From a virus, in IMG/VR virus record IMGVR_UViG_3300045988_047747: 42,720 nt of DNA, one strand, 5' to 3'. The translations under genes and the position numbers were made by a program. Shown here piece after piece: positions 1-7,561 of the stretch (positions are counted from its first letter, which is position 1; each line of letters begins with the position of its first letter). The notes beneath the pieces are model-generated. The model was not told the origin of the DNA, ran no database searches, and saw nothing but the letters and a program-made list of their open reading frames with translations.

Positions 1-89
1 ACAAAAGGAGCAGGCCAAGGCCGCGCTGATGGCTGAGAGCGCAACGAGAGAGACCGTAGGCGAGGAGGAGGACGAAGATGAAAAAAAAC
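1..89. repeat. Terminal overlap copy A (identical to 42632..42720)
   Basis: Hand alignment: acaaaaggagcaggccaagg...gaagatgaaaaaaaac occurs at both ends, 89/89 identical. Confidence 0.95.
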
Positions 90-103
90 AAAAAAATTTA
101 TGA
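2..103 (+). CDS. Portal protein, last 33 codons plus stop (wrap-around continuation of 41340..42720)
   Basis: Frame of the open ORF at the window end continues ...EDEDEKKQKNL then TGA at 101..103. Confidence 0.8.
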   Translation, partial: QKEQAKAALMAESATRETVGEEEDEDEKKQKNL

Positions 104-163
104 TCCTCTGGGAAGATCGATCGATGTGATGCTTTTTGTCGTTGATTTTGCCGTTGTGGCTGG

Positions 164-1219
164 GTGCTTTCTGGCCGTTGCGCAGGCGATTGGCTTATGA
201 CCGACCGTGACCGCATCTCTACCCGCCAGTTGAATCGCCTGCGCCGCCGCATCCTCCGGGTGTATGGCACTGCCCGCCGGGAGATGCAAAAGCAGCTCAC
301 TGATTTTCTGGAAAAGTACCGAGCCTTGGACGAGCGCAAGCGGGCGCAGCTGGATGCAGGCGAGATCACCGAGGACGACTACCGCATCTGGCTGCAAAAT
401 CAGGTCTTTCAGTCAGATTTGATGCACGCCAAGCTGGACGGCATCACACAGACCTGCACCACAGCCCAAGAGACGGCCTACAAGCTGGCCCGGGACGAGC
501 AATACAACATCTTTTCCTTTGGCGCAAACTGGGCTTTCTACGAGCTGGAACAGGCCGCAGGCGTGACGTTCGGGCTGACCCTGTACAACACCGAAGCGGT
601 CAAGCTCCTGCTGAAGGAGAACCCCCGCATGGTGCCCAACAAACGCATCAAGAGCGAAAGCAACCGCACCTATGACGCCAGGGTGTTCAACCGCTACGTC
701 ATGCAGGGCATCGTGCAGGGCAAGAGCGTCCACGACATCGCCGTGCAGGCCGTCAAAGGCATGGCAGACACGGAGATCCACTGGGCCATGAACAACGCCA
801 TCACAGCCCTTACCAGCGCCCAGAACGCCGGGGCTTTGCAGCAGATGCGCAACGCCCAGGCTTTGGGCATCGAGGTCAAAAAGCGCTGGAACTCTACCCA
901 CGACTACCGCACCCGTGAAATGCACCGCCTGCTTGACCAGCAGACAGCAGAGCTTGACGAGCCGTTCAAGGTCATGGGTTACGAGATTCAGCGCCCCGGC
1001 GACCCAAACGCAGCGCCGGAGATGGTCTACCACTGCCGTTGCGTACTGTCCTCTGTACTGGGCAAGTATCCCCGGCAGAACGCCATGCAGCGAGACAATG
1101 TGACCAAAGAGACCACACCCGTCATGGATTACACCGAGTGGTATAAATCCAAGGGCGGCAAGGAAACCGAACAGATGTGGTGGGCGGAAGAACGCAAGAG
1201 AAAGAAGGAGCGAAAATGA
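164..1219 (+). CDS. Head morphogenesis / minor capsid protein, Mu gpF / SPP1 gp7-like
   Basis: 351-aa ORF directly after portal. C-terminal PGDPNAAPEMVYHCRCV motif is typical of Mu-F domains. GTG 164 or ATG 197 are possible starts; neither has a good SD. Confidence 0.85.
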   Translation: MLSGRCAGDWLMTDRDRISTRQLNRLRRRILRVYGTARREMQKQLTDFLEKYRALDERKRAQLDAGEITEDDYRIWLQNQVFQSDLMHAKLDGITQTCTTAQETAYKLARDEQYNIFSFGANWAFYELEQAAGVTFGLTLYNTEAVKLLLKENPRMVPNKRIKSESNRTYDARVFNRYVMQGIVQGKSVHDIAVQAVKGMADTEIHWAMNNAITALTSAQNAGALQQMRNAQALGIEVKKRWNSTHDYRTREMHRLLDQQTAELDEPFKVMGYEIQRPGDPNAAPEMVYHCRCVLSSVLGKYPRQNAMQRDNVTKETTPVMDYTEWYKSKGGKETEQMWWAEERKRKKERK

Positions 1220-1221
1220 AG

Positions 1222-1253
1222 CATAAAAATAAAACCCTGCCTCCCGGCAGGGT
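1222..1253 (-). terminator. Intrinsic terminator for the leftward XRE gene
   Basis: Perfect 8-bp stem accctgcc/ggcagggt (1234..1253) with loop tccc. On the minus strand it is followed by TTTTATTTTTAT. Confidence 0.7.
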
Positions 1254-1260
1254 GTAGAGG

Positions 1261-1485
1261 CTATACGGTTGTTCCGTCAGGAAGATGGAAAAGAATCTCT
1301 GCGGTGCATCCGAGAGCCAAAGAAAGCTCTTGAATATCCTTTTCGGTAAAGTTTCCCCTTGCCATCTTGTTGGAAAGATTCTGCCGGGTTTGCCCAGTGG
1401 CTTCGGCAAGCTCGCCCATCGTCATCCCTTTACGCTTCATTATCAGGCGGATTTTTTCAGCAACAGTAAGTGTCATATCTTTCAC
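1261..1485 (-). CDS. XRE-family helix-turn-helix regulator (74 aa)
   Basis: MTMGELAEATGQTRQNLSNKMARGNFT is a classic Cro/CI-type HTH. GGAGGTG SD precedes the ATG. Gene is antisense to the surrounding late genes. Confidence 0.85.
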   Translation of the reverse strand: MKDMTLTVAEKIRLIMKRKGMTMGELAEATGQTRQNLSNKMARGNFTEKDIQELSLALGCTAEILFHLPDGTTV

Positions 1486-1499
1486 CTCCGTTCATTTAT

Positions 1500-1528
1500 A
1501 GTATAAACTAAAACGTGTATTCAGTCAA
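1500..1528 (-). promoter_or_regulatory. Leftward sigma-A-type promoter TTGACT-17-TATACT
   Basis: Minus strand reads ttgact gaatacacgttttagtt tatact about 15 nt before the SD of the XRE gene. Confidence 0.55.
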
Positions 1529-1568
1529 TCTCTATTTGCATTTTTCATAATAAAATGTAAAATAAGCG

Positions 1569-1597
1569 TTGACATACGACACGAATTAGTGTATAAT
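1569..1597 (+). promoter_or_regulatory. Rightward consensus promoter TTGACA-17-TATAAT with operator-like palindrome in the spacer
   Basis: ttgaca tacgacacgaattagtg tataat. The 14-mer acacgaattagtgt (1579..1592) is 12/14 palindromic. Confidence 0.7.
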
Positions 1598-1635
1598 ATA
1601 TTTTGTGAGCAAGAGGGGCGGAAAGGAGGACGCCC

Positions 1636-1731
1636 ATGAAGTTCAAGGATTTCAAGAAGCTGAACCGTGAAGAACAGCGCAAGAAGTTTGAACAGTACAA
1701 AAAAGAGTGGTTAGCTACTCGCCATAGCTAA
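1636..1731 (+). CDS. Small basic ORF, 31 aa (MKFKDFKKLNREEQRKKFEQYKKEWLATRHS)
   Basis: AGGAGG at 1625..1630 lies 5 nt before the ATG. ORF is below the track size cutoff and is the first ORF after the consensus promoter. Confidence 0.5.
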   Translation: MKFKDFKKLNREEQRKKFEQYKKEWLATRHS

Positions 1732-1737
1732 CCACTC
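1705..1737 (+). promoter_or_regulatory. Perfect 12-bp hairpin spanning the stop codon of the 31-aa ORF
   Basis: gagtggttagct (1705..1716) and agctaaccactc (1726..1737) with a 9-nt loop. No T tract follows. Confidence 0.6.
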
Positions 1738-1774
1738 GTAAGTCAGAGAAACCGTATTCAAAAAGCTCCTCTTA

Positions 1775-1820
1775 CTCACATTTTATTTTTTTATAAGCGA
1801 TTTGTCAAGTAAAATGTGAG
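1775..1820 (+). promoter_or_regulatory. 11-bp inverted repeat whose right arm covers the SD of the next gene
   Basis: ctcacatttta (1775..1785) and taaaatgtgag (1810..1820). The GTGAGG SD of the ATG at 1830 lies in the right arm. Confidence 0.5.
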
Positions 1821-1829
1821 GTTTTAGCA

Positions 1830-2117
1830 ATGGAAACACCAAAAATCACGAAGGTGGAGCTTGAACTGGATGCTGTTTCTGGTGAACTTCGAGTAATGCA
1901 CGACCTGTTGAACATCTTTGCCAACTGGTTTGAGGAGACCCACAAGACCGACATGATCAAGCGGGAGCGCACCAGCGAGCTTGTGAGCCAGATTTGGAAC
2001 GAAGCCCCGATGTACAACTCTTTGATTACGGCCTTGTTTGCATCCCTTACCGGGTTGGAAAAGGAAGTAGACGAAGTGCTTGACTATCAAATTGCAGAAC
2101 AAGAGGTAAACGCATGA
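1830..2117 (+). CDS. Hypothetical protein (95 aa)
   Basis: ORF overlaps the next gene by ATGA-type coupling. No recognisable motif. Confidence 0.7.
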   Translation: METPKITKVELELDAVSGELRVMHDLLNIFANWFEETHKTDMIKRERTSELVSQIWNEAPMYNSLITALFASLTGLEKEVDEVLDYQIAEQEVNA

Positions 2118-2860
2118 GTAATATCCAGATTTTCAACTACCAGTCCAACGAAGTCCGCACCGTAGAGATGGGCGGCGAACCGTGGTTTGTCCTGAAGGAC
2201 GTGTGCAACATCCTCGGCATTTCCAAATACCGTGATACTGCGGCACGTTTGGATGCAGATGAAAGGGGGTCGGTTGAGGTGGACACCCTTGGCGGTACTC
2301 AGCAAGTTATCGCCGTCAATGAATCCGGCCTTTACCATGTCATCCTTCGCAGCGACAAGCCGGAAGCGGCTCCGTTCCGCAAGTGGGTCACGTCCGAAGT
2401 GCTGCCGTCCATCCGCAAGAACGGCGGGTACATCGCCGGGCAGGAGCAGCTTACCCCGCAGGAGCTGATGGCAAAGGCTCTGCTTGTGGCAAACAAGACC
2501 CTTGCAGACCGGGAAGCCCGCATTTGTGAGCTGACCGCACAGAACAGCCAGCTCACCGTGGAGAAGCAGATCATGCAGCCCAAGGCAGAATACTTCGACG
2601 AACTGGTTGACCGCAACCTGTTGACCAATTTCCGGGAGACAGCCAAGGAGCTTGGCATCAAGCCCAAAGCCTTTGTGGCGTGGCTGCTGGACAAGAAGTT
2701 TCTTTACCGTGACCAGAAAGGCAAGCTGCTGCCCCGTGAGGACAAGAACAACGGCCTGTTTGAGGTCAAGGAAGCCAAGAACGACAAGACCCAGTGGAGC
2801 GGCGTGCAGACGCTTATCACCCCCAAAGGCCGTGAGACGTTCCGGCTGTTGTACCTGTAA
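2114..2860 (+). CDS. Antirepressor: Bro-N N-terminal domain plus KilAC/ANT C-terminal domain
   Basis: N-terminus FNYQSNEVRTVEMGGEPWFVLKDVCNILG...FRKWVTSEVLPSIRKNG is Bro-N-like. C-terminal half is paralogous to 25975..26700. Confidence 0.85.
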   Translation: MSNIQIFNYQSNEVRTVEMGGEPWFVLKDVCNILGISKYRDTAARLDADERGSVEVDTLGGTQQVIAVNESGLYHVILRSDKPEAAPFRKWVTSEVLPSIRKNGGYIAGQEQLTPQELMAKALLVANKTLADREARICELTAQNSQLTVEKQIMQPKAEYFDELVDRNLLTNFRETAKELGIKPKAFVAWLLDKKFLYRDQKGKLLPREDKNNGLFEVKEAKNDKTQWSGVQTLITPKGRETFRLLYL

Positions 2861-2872
2861 CTGAATCACCGA

Positions 2873-2902
2873 CCCTGCCCCACACCGGGGCGGGGTTTTG
2901 TT
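2873..2902 (+). terminator. Intrinsic terminator
   Basis: ccctgcccc / ggggcgggg 9-bp stem (one G-U), loop acacc, then TTTTGTT. Confidence 0.75.
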
Positions 2903-2918
2903 ATACATGGAGTATAGC

Positions 2919-3383
2919 ATGGATTTTAAGTATGACATCAAATTCACCGACAACACCCCGCAGCTGCATGAGGCGCTGGATTCATGGGCGGAGCGGGTGC
3001 TGACCCTCTGGGGTATGAAGGTGCAGGACCACGCCCAGCTGCTTGTGCCCACCGGCACGGCAGACAGCACGGGCATTGAGGGCTACGTGGGCGGTGCGCT
3101 CAAGCAGAGCCTGACCTATGCCGTAGACCTCGCAAAAAAGACCGTGACCATCGGAAGCAACCTGTTTTACAGCGTGTATGTGGAGCTGGGCACGGGCATT
3201 TTTGCCGAAAAAGGCAACGGACGCAAAACGCCGTGGGTCTGGAAAGACTTCAACGGAAAGTGGCACTTTACCCGGGGCATGAAAGCCGCCAATGACGGCA
3301 AAGGGTTCCTCCGCCCGGCGGTGGAGGAGCACATCGAAGAGCTGCGAGAAATCGCAGTAGAGGAAGGAAACAAGGAGGCGTAA
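2919..3383 (+). CDS. HK97 gp10-family neck / head-tail joining protein
   Basis: Pattern VPTGTADSTG...YSVYVELGTG...GFLRPAVEE matches gp10-family hallmarks. GGAG lies 6 nt before ATG 2919. The longer track start would overlap the terminator. Confidence 0.65.
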   Translation: MDFKYDIKFTDNTPQLHEALDSWAERVLTLWGMKVQDHAQLLVPTGTADSTGIEGYVGGALKQSLTYAVDLAKKTVTIGSNLFYSVYVELGTGIFAEKGNGRKTPWVWKDFNGKWHFTRGMKAANDGKGFLRPAVEEHIEELREIAVEEGNKEA

Positions 3384-3387
3384 AAGC

Positions 3388-3693
3388 ATGACAAAACTTG
3401 AAATTTTGAGCGCATTGCTTGAAGTTGCTGCGAAAAGGCAGATGGAAGCCGATGAAGCATATCACAAAGCCGCCGAAGAGGTGGAAAGCATAAAGGCAGA
3501 AATGGTGAGAGTAAAAAACAAGCGAGAAAAAGAACTTGATGCTGTTGGTGAGTTGCTTTGCAAGGGAAGAACGGCACGAAAAGAACTTCAAAAAATTTGC
3601 GATGTTGCGTACGGCAATGAAGCCAAAATCAAAATTTTGGTGTATCTTCCAGCTTCTGAGCTTAACGATACAGATTTTCAGCTATACCTCTAA
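3388..3693 (+). CDS. Hypothetical coiled-coil protein (101 aa), AT-richer than its neighbours
   Basis: AAGGAGG SD present. Composition is visibly lower in GC. The gene is bracketed by terminators. Confidence 0.7.
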   Translation: MTKLEILSALLEVAAKRQMEADEAYHKAAEEVESIKAEMVRVKNKREKELDAVGELLCKGRTARKELQKICDVAYGNEAKIKILVYLPASELNDTDFQLYL

Positions 3694-3706
3694 AACTAAA
3701 TACTCA

Positions 3707-3738
3707 GCGGTTGGCGCACAGCGTCAGCCGCTTTTTTA
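3707..3738 (+). terminator. Intrinsic terminator
   Basis: gcggttggcgc aca gcgtcagccgc (11-bp stem, two G-U) followed by TTTTTT. Confidence 0.75.
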
Positions 3739-3739
3739 T

Positions 3740-3816
3740 GCCGTTTTAGCTCAGTCTGGCAGAGCACCGGACTTTTAATCCGGGAGCCGTGGGTTCAAGC
3801 CCCACAAGCGGCACCA
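3740..3816 (+). tRNA. tRNA-Lys, anticodon UUU, CCA encoded
   Basis: Hand fold: acceptor GCCGTTT/AAGCGGC, D arm GCTC..GAGC, anticodon arm CCGGA CTTTTAA TCCGG, T arm GTGGG TTCAAGC CCCAC, ACCA end. Total 77 nt. Confidence 0.9.
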
Positions 3817-3891
3817 CACCGGCAGCACGTCCGGCAAATAAACCTTATTGCCAAGCATGGCAGCCCGAGCAAGGGCAGAAAGGACTATCAT

Positions 3892-4479
3892 ATGGCACTC
3901 GAACGCAAGACTCTCCGGGCGATTCTGGAAGATGAAACGACCGACACCAGCGGCAAGCTCAAGAAAATTCTGGACGTGCTGCATGAGGAAACGGACACCT
4001 TGCAGAACCAGCTCGATGAGAAGAACGCAGCCCTCGCCAAAGCCGAAAAAGACCGGGACGCAGCCAACGGCGGCAAGGAAGCCGCTGAAAAGGCGCTGAA
4101 CGACTACAAGGCCCAGCAGACCCAGAAGGACACCCACGCAGCCAAGGAAGCAAAGTTCCGGGAGCTGCTGAAGTCCGCCGGGGTGCTGGACAAGTATGCT
4201 GATCGGGTCGTGCGGCTGTCTGGCGAGGATATCGACAAGCTGGAGCTGGACGATAAGGGCGAGGTCAAGGACGCCAAGAAGCACGCCGACAGCCTGAAAG
4301 CTGATTGGAGCGACTTCGTAGGCACTACGACCACCACCGGCGCAAAGGTGGACACCCCGCCCACCAACACTGGCTCCAAAATGACCAAAGACCAAATTTT
4401 TGCAATCAAGGACGCCGGCGAACGCCAGGCCGCGATTGCTGCAAATGTCGACCTGTTTACAGGCGGCGGAAAGGACTAA
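3892..4479 (+). CDS. Scaffolding protein (GP20-like)
   Basis: Acidic coiled-coil 195-aa ORF immediately upstream of the capsid gene. Contains KAEKDRDAANGGKEAAEKALNDYKAQ. Confidence 0.8.
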   Translation: MALERKTLRAILEDETTDTSGKLKKILDVLHEETDTLQNQLDEKNAALAKAEKDRDAANGGKEAAEKALNDYKAQQTQKDTHAAKEAKFRELLKSAGVLDKYADRVVRLSGEDIDKLELDDKGEVKDAKKHADSLKADWSDFVGTTTTTGAKVDTPPTNTGSKMTKDQIFAIKDAGERQAAIAANVDLFTGGGKD

Positions 4480-4482
4480 CAC

Positions 4483-5376
4483 ATGGCAGCAAAAGAAAAT
4501 ATCACCATGACCACCGATATCACCGTAGCCGCGCGTGAAATCGACTTTGTGGCCCGTTTCCAGCGCAACTGGGACCATCTGCGCACCATTCTGGGCATCA
4601 TGCGCCCTATCCGGATGCAGCCTGGCACCGTGCTCAAAAGCAAGTATGCACAGGGCACCCTGCAGAGCGGCACCGTGGGCGAGGGCGAAGAGATCCCGTT
4701 CAGCAAGTACACCGTCAAGGAGAAGGAGTACGGCAAGATCACCATCGACAAGTACGGCAAGTCTGTCACCCTTGAGGCGATCCAGAATTACGGCTACGAT
4801 GTCGCCGTGCAGAAGACCGATGATGAGTTCCTGTACGACCTGACCGCTCTGGTAACGGATAAGTTCTACAAGTTCCTGAACACCGGCACCCTGAAGGGCA
4901 CTCCCAAGACCTTCCAGATGGCGCTGGCACATGCCAAGGGCGCGGTCGAGAACAAGTTCAAGACCATGCATCGCACCGTGACCGGCGTTGTTGGCTTTGT
5001 CAACGTGATGGACGTGTACGACTATCTGGGCAATGCCAATATCACCGTGCAGAACCAGTTCGGCTTCCAGTACATCAAGGACTTCATGGGCTACAACACC
5101 ATCTTCCTGCTGTCCGACAGTGAGATCGCGAAGGGAAAGGTTATTGCCACCCCGGTAGACAACATCGTCATGTACTATGTGGATCCTGCGGATAGCGAGT
5201 TTGCCCGCGCAGGTCTGGTCTACCGGACCGCAGGCGAGGCAAGCAACCTCATCGGCTTCCACACTCAGGCAAACTACAGCACCGCAACCTCCGAGAGCTA
5301 CGCCATTATGGGCGTGACCCTGTTTGCTGAGTATCTGGACGGTATCGCTGTCGAGACCATTACCCCGGGCGAGTGA
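4483..5376 (+). CDS. Major capsid protein
   Basis: 297-aa ORF after the scaffold gene; position and size fit an HK97-fold siphovirus capsid protein. Confidence 0.85.
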   Translation: MAAKENITMTTDITVAAREIDFVARFQRNWDHLRTILGIMRPIRMQPGTVLKSKYAQGTLQSGTVGEGEEIPFSKYTVKEKEYGKITIDKYGKSVTLEAIQNYGYDVAVQKTDDEFLYDLTALVTDKFYKFLNTGTLKGTPKTFQMALAHAKGAVENKFKTMHRTVTGVVGFVNVMDVYDYLGNANITVQNQFGFQYIKDFMGYNTIFLLSDSEIAKGKVIATPVDNIVMYYVDPADSEFARAGLVYRTAGEASNLIGFHTQANYSTATSESYAIMGVTLFAEYLDGIAVETITPGE

Positions 5377-5402
5377 TCGCCCCTTTGTAAGGAGGACGCC
5401 CC

Positions 5403-5813
5403 ATGACCGTCCCAGAGCTGTGCGTTTACACGCACAATTTTTTTGACCGGGCGGACGACCCCGTTGCCGGGGAGTTTGCTTTTGAGCCGGATACCGTGCC
5501 CGCCGGGGTAGTGCCGGGGCAGTATTTCCTTGTGTGCGGATCCATCTTCAACGACGGCGTGCACAAGGCCGGGGACGGCGATTTGACCGCCGAGACCTTC
5601 ACCGGGACGGTACAGCCCATGCGCGTGCCGCCTGACTTCGTGGCGCTGGCTGAAAAGATTGACGCATACGACAAGGCGCTCCCGTCCGGCGGCGTGTATG
5701 TGTCCCAGTCCTTTGTCGGGTGGTCCGGCACGATGGCTACAGGCGCGGACGGCCTGCCTGCCGACGGCAAGACTCGCTATAAATCCGAGATCAATCATTG
5801 GAGGAAGATGTGA
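5403..5813 (+). CDS. Head-tail adaptor-position protein (by synteny)
   Basis: First gene after the capsid gene. GGAGG SD. Confidence 0.55.
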   Translation: MTVPELCVYTHNFFDRADDPVAGEFAFEPDTVPAGVVPGQYFLVCGSIFNDGVHKAGDGDLTAETFTGTVQPMRVPPDFVALAEKIDAYDKALPSGGVYVSQSFVGWSGTMATGADGLPADGKTRYKSEINHWRKM

Positions 5814-5814
5814 C

Positions 5815-6183
5815 ATGGTCAACGCGTTCACTGCATCCACCGTGATGCAGAGCTTTACCCAAAAATACCGTTTTCAGACCCGCAGCTATGAGCCGGACGG
5901 CGTGGGCGGCTTTGTTTCCGGCTGGAAGGACGGCCCCGAGTTTGAGGCCGTGGAGCGCCACGACACCACTGTGGAAGCTCAGGTGGCAGAGCAGGATGAC
6001 ACCGCCTCCACCTATACCCTGCTGGTCAGCACGGGCGTGCCGCTGGCCTTCCCGGACTACATCAAGCGGGTGATCGACGGCCAGACCTTCCAGATCACCA
6101 GCACAGCGGACGAAGGAAAAGCCCCGCCGGAATCCGGCATGGGACTGCGGGCCGTCAAGTGCAAAAAGGCGGTGCTGCCGTAA
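5815..6183 (+). CDS. Head closure / head-tail joining protein
   Basis: ATG 5815 after GGAGGAAG. QKYRFQTRSYEPDGVGGFVSGWKD...YIKRVIDGQTFQI resembles SPP1 gp16-type head closure proteins. Confidence 0.6.
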   Translation: MVNAFTASTVMQSFTQKYRFQTRSYEPDGVGGFVSGWKDGPEFEAVERHDTTVEAQVAEQDDTASTYTLLVSTGVPLAFPDYIKRVIDGQTFQITSTADEGKAPPESGMGLRAVKCKKAVLP

Positions 6184-6560
6184 TGGGACCGTCTGAGAGC
6201 ATCAACCGGGCGCTGAACACGTTTTTCAACGGCTTTGGCATCCCCGGCTATCTGGAAGATAACATCCCTCCTGCCGCTTCACTGCCCTATCTGACCTACA
6301 AGCCCACCATCCCCGGCGGGTGGAACGAAACGGCATCCTTCCACGCCCGGCTGTGGTACCCCAGCAAGGGCGGCAGAGCCCCCATCCTGCAAAAAGAAGA
6401 TACGATCAGCGCAGCCCTCGAGGACAGCATAACGCTTTCCTGTGAGGGCGGCGCTATTCTTTTGCAAAAAGGCACCCCATGGGCACAGCCCCTCGACAAC
6501 CCGCCTGAAGGGTATCTGTGCGAATACCTCAATTTTGAAATCACGCAATTTTGCGAGTAA
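6183..6560 (+). CDS. Tail completion-position protein
   Basis: TAATG overlap with the previous gene. Lies directly upstream of the major tail gene. Confidence 0.5.
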   Translation: MGPSESINRALNTFFNGFGIPGYLEDNIPPAASLPYLTYKPTIPGGWNETASFHARLWYPSKGGRAPILQKEDTISAALEDSITLSCEGGAILLQKGTPWAQPLDNPPEGYLCEYLNFEITQFCE

Positions 6561-6568
6561 GGAGCAAT

Positions 6569-7144
6569 ATGGCAAGAAAGTTTACCAAGATCAGCGCAAA
6601 AGCATTCGAGTCCATGCAGATCAATGCCGGTGTCGTGCTGAACAAATTTGACCCGTCCGGCACGACCGAGATCCAGGACGCAGACATCATCTGCGCCACC
6701 TCCGGCGGCGTGACGGCAGAGTGCAAGCCCAACATCACCGACCTTGGCGATGATGTGGACAACTGCCAGAAAAACACCGCAGAGCTGATGCAGATCGAGG
6801 ACTACGACTGCACGCTGGCCTTTACGGCCCTGAACGTCACAACAGACGTTATCAAGCTGGCGCTGGGCGCAGCGGATGTGAGTGAAAAGAAGGTCACCCC
6901 CCGCATGACGCTGGACCCGACAGACAGCACCGGCGATTTTAAGGACATCTGGTGGGTCGGCGACACCATCGACGGCGGTTTTGTGGCCGTCAAGTTGATG
7001 AACGCACTCTCCACCGGCGGCCTGTCCCTCAAGACCACCGACAAGGGCAAGGGCAATCTGTCCGTCACCTTGACCGGCTGCCCCCGGATGGGTGACGACG
7101 CCGTGCCTATGGAGTGGTACTACAGCCCCAAGGCCGCAGCATAA
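6569..7144 (+). CDS. Major tail protein
   Basis: AAGGAG SD before ATG 6569. 191-aa ORF immediately before the chaperone pair and tape measure. Confidence 0.7.
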   Translation: MARKFTKISAKAFESMQINAGVVLNKFDPSGTTEIQDADIICATSGGVTAECKPNITDLGDDVDNCQKNTAELMQIEDYDCTLAFTALNVTTDVIKLALGAADVSEKKVTPRMTLDPTDSTGDFKDIWWVGDTIDGGFVAVKLMNALSTGGLSLKTTDKGKGNLSVTLTGCPRMGDDAVPMEWYYSPKAAA

Positions 7145-7156
7145 GGAGGACACCGC

Positions 7157-7561
7157 ATGAAATTTTTGACAGAGCTGTCCGATGAAGAGTTTCTGCGCCA
7201 CTGCTGGCAGATCGCCGATGTGGCAGAGGAGGTCTTGGAAAAATCCAAGATCATGGAGCTGCGCAAGGTTCTGCCGGTTCTGACCGGCGAGGAAACGCCG
7301 GAGGAGCTGGAACAGAAGAAGAAGGAGCAGGCAAAAAAGAACATTCAGGCTATGGCAAAAAGCTTGCTGTTCGACAATGCCGCTGCCACCGCAAAGCTGC
7401 TTCCGTTGCTCTATGAGCCGGACGTGGATGAAAACGGGGTGGTTGAAAACATCGGCCCGTTCAAGAAGATGCGCGCGGTAAAAGAGCTGCTGAACAACGA
7501 TGATGTGATGGATTTTTTGCTCTGGTGTCTGCCGTTGGTGCTGGCGGGTACAGACGCCTGA
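7157..7561 (+). CDS. Tail assembly chaperone (gpG-like)
   Basis: Acidic 134-aa ORF between the major tail and tape measure genes, overlapped by a -1 frame ORF. Confidence 0.75.
   Translation: MKFLTELSDEEFLRHCWQIADVAEEVLEKSKIMELRKVLPVLTGEETPEELEQKKKEQAKKNIQAMAKSLLFDNAAATAKLLPLLYEPDVDENGVVENIGPFKKMRAVKELLNNDDVMDFLLWCLPLVLAGTDA
7513..7519 (+). promoter_or_regulatory. Programmed -1 frameshift slippery heptamer T_TTT_TTG
   Basis: Zero-frame codons gaT TTT TTG. The -1 frame is open from the TGA at 7501 through 7827. Confidence 0.65.

Noticed and set aside
2858-2869. 12-nt identity taactgaatcac after the stops of genes 2114..2860 and 18895..19734 (19731..19742).
   Set aside because: Dozens of 12-mer coincidences are expected within a 42.7-kb sequence, and there is no extended similarity around them.
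3775-5262. 495-aa minus-strand ORF covering the scaffold and capsid genes.
   Set aside because: It is antisense to two SD-preceded, syntenic structural genes. The translation is low-complexity (runs of G, A, L, V, H) and there is no SD. This is a typical GC-rich antisense artefact.
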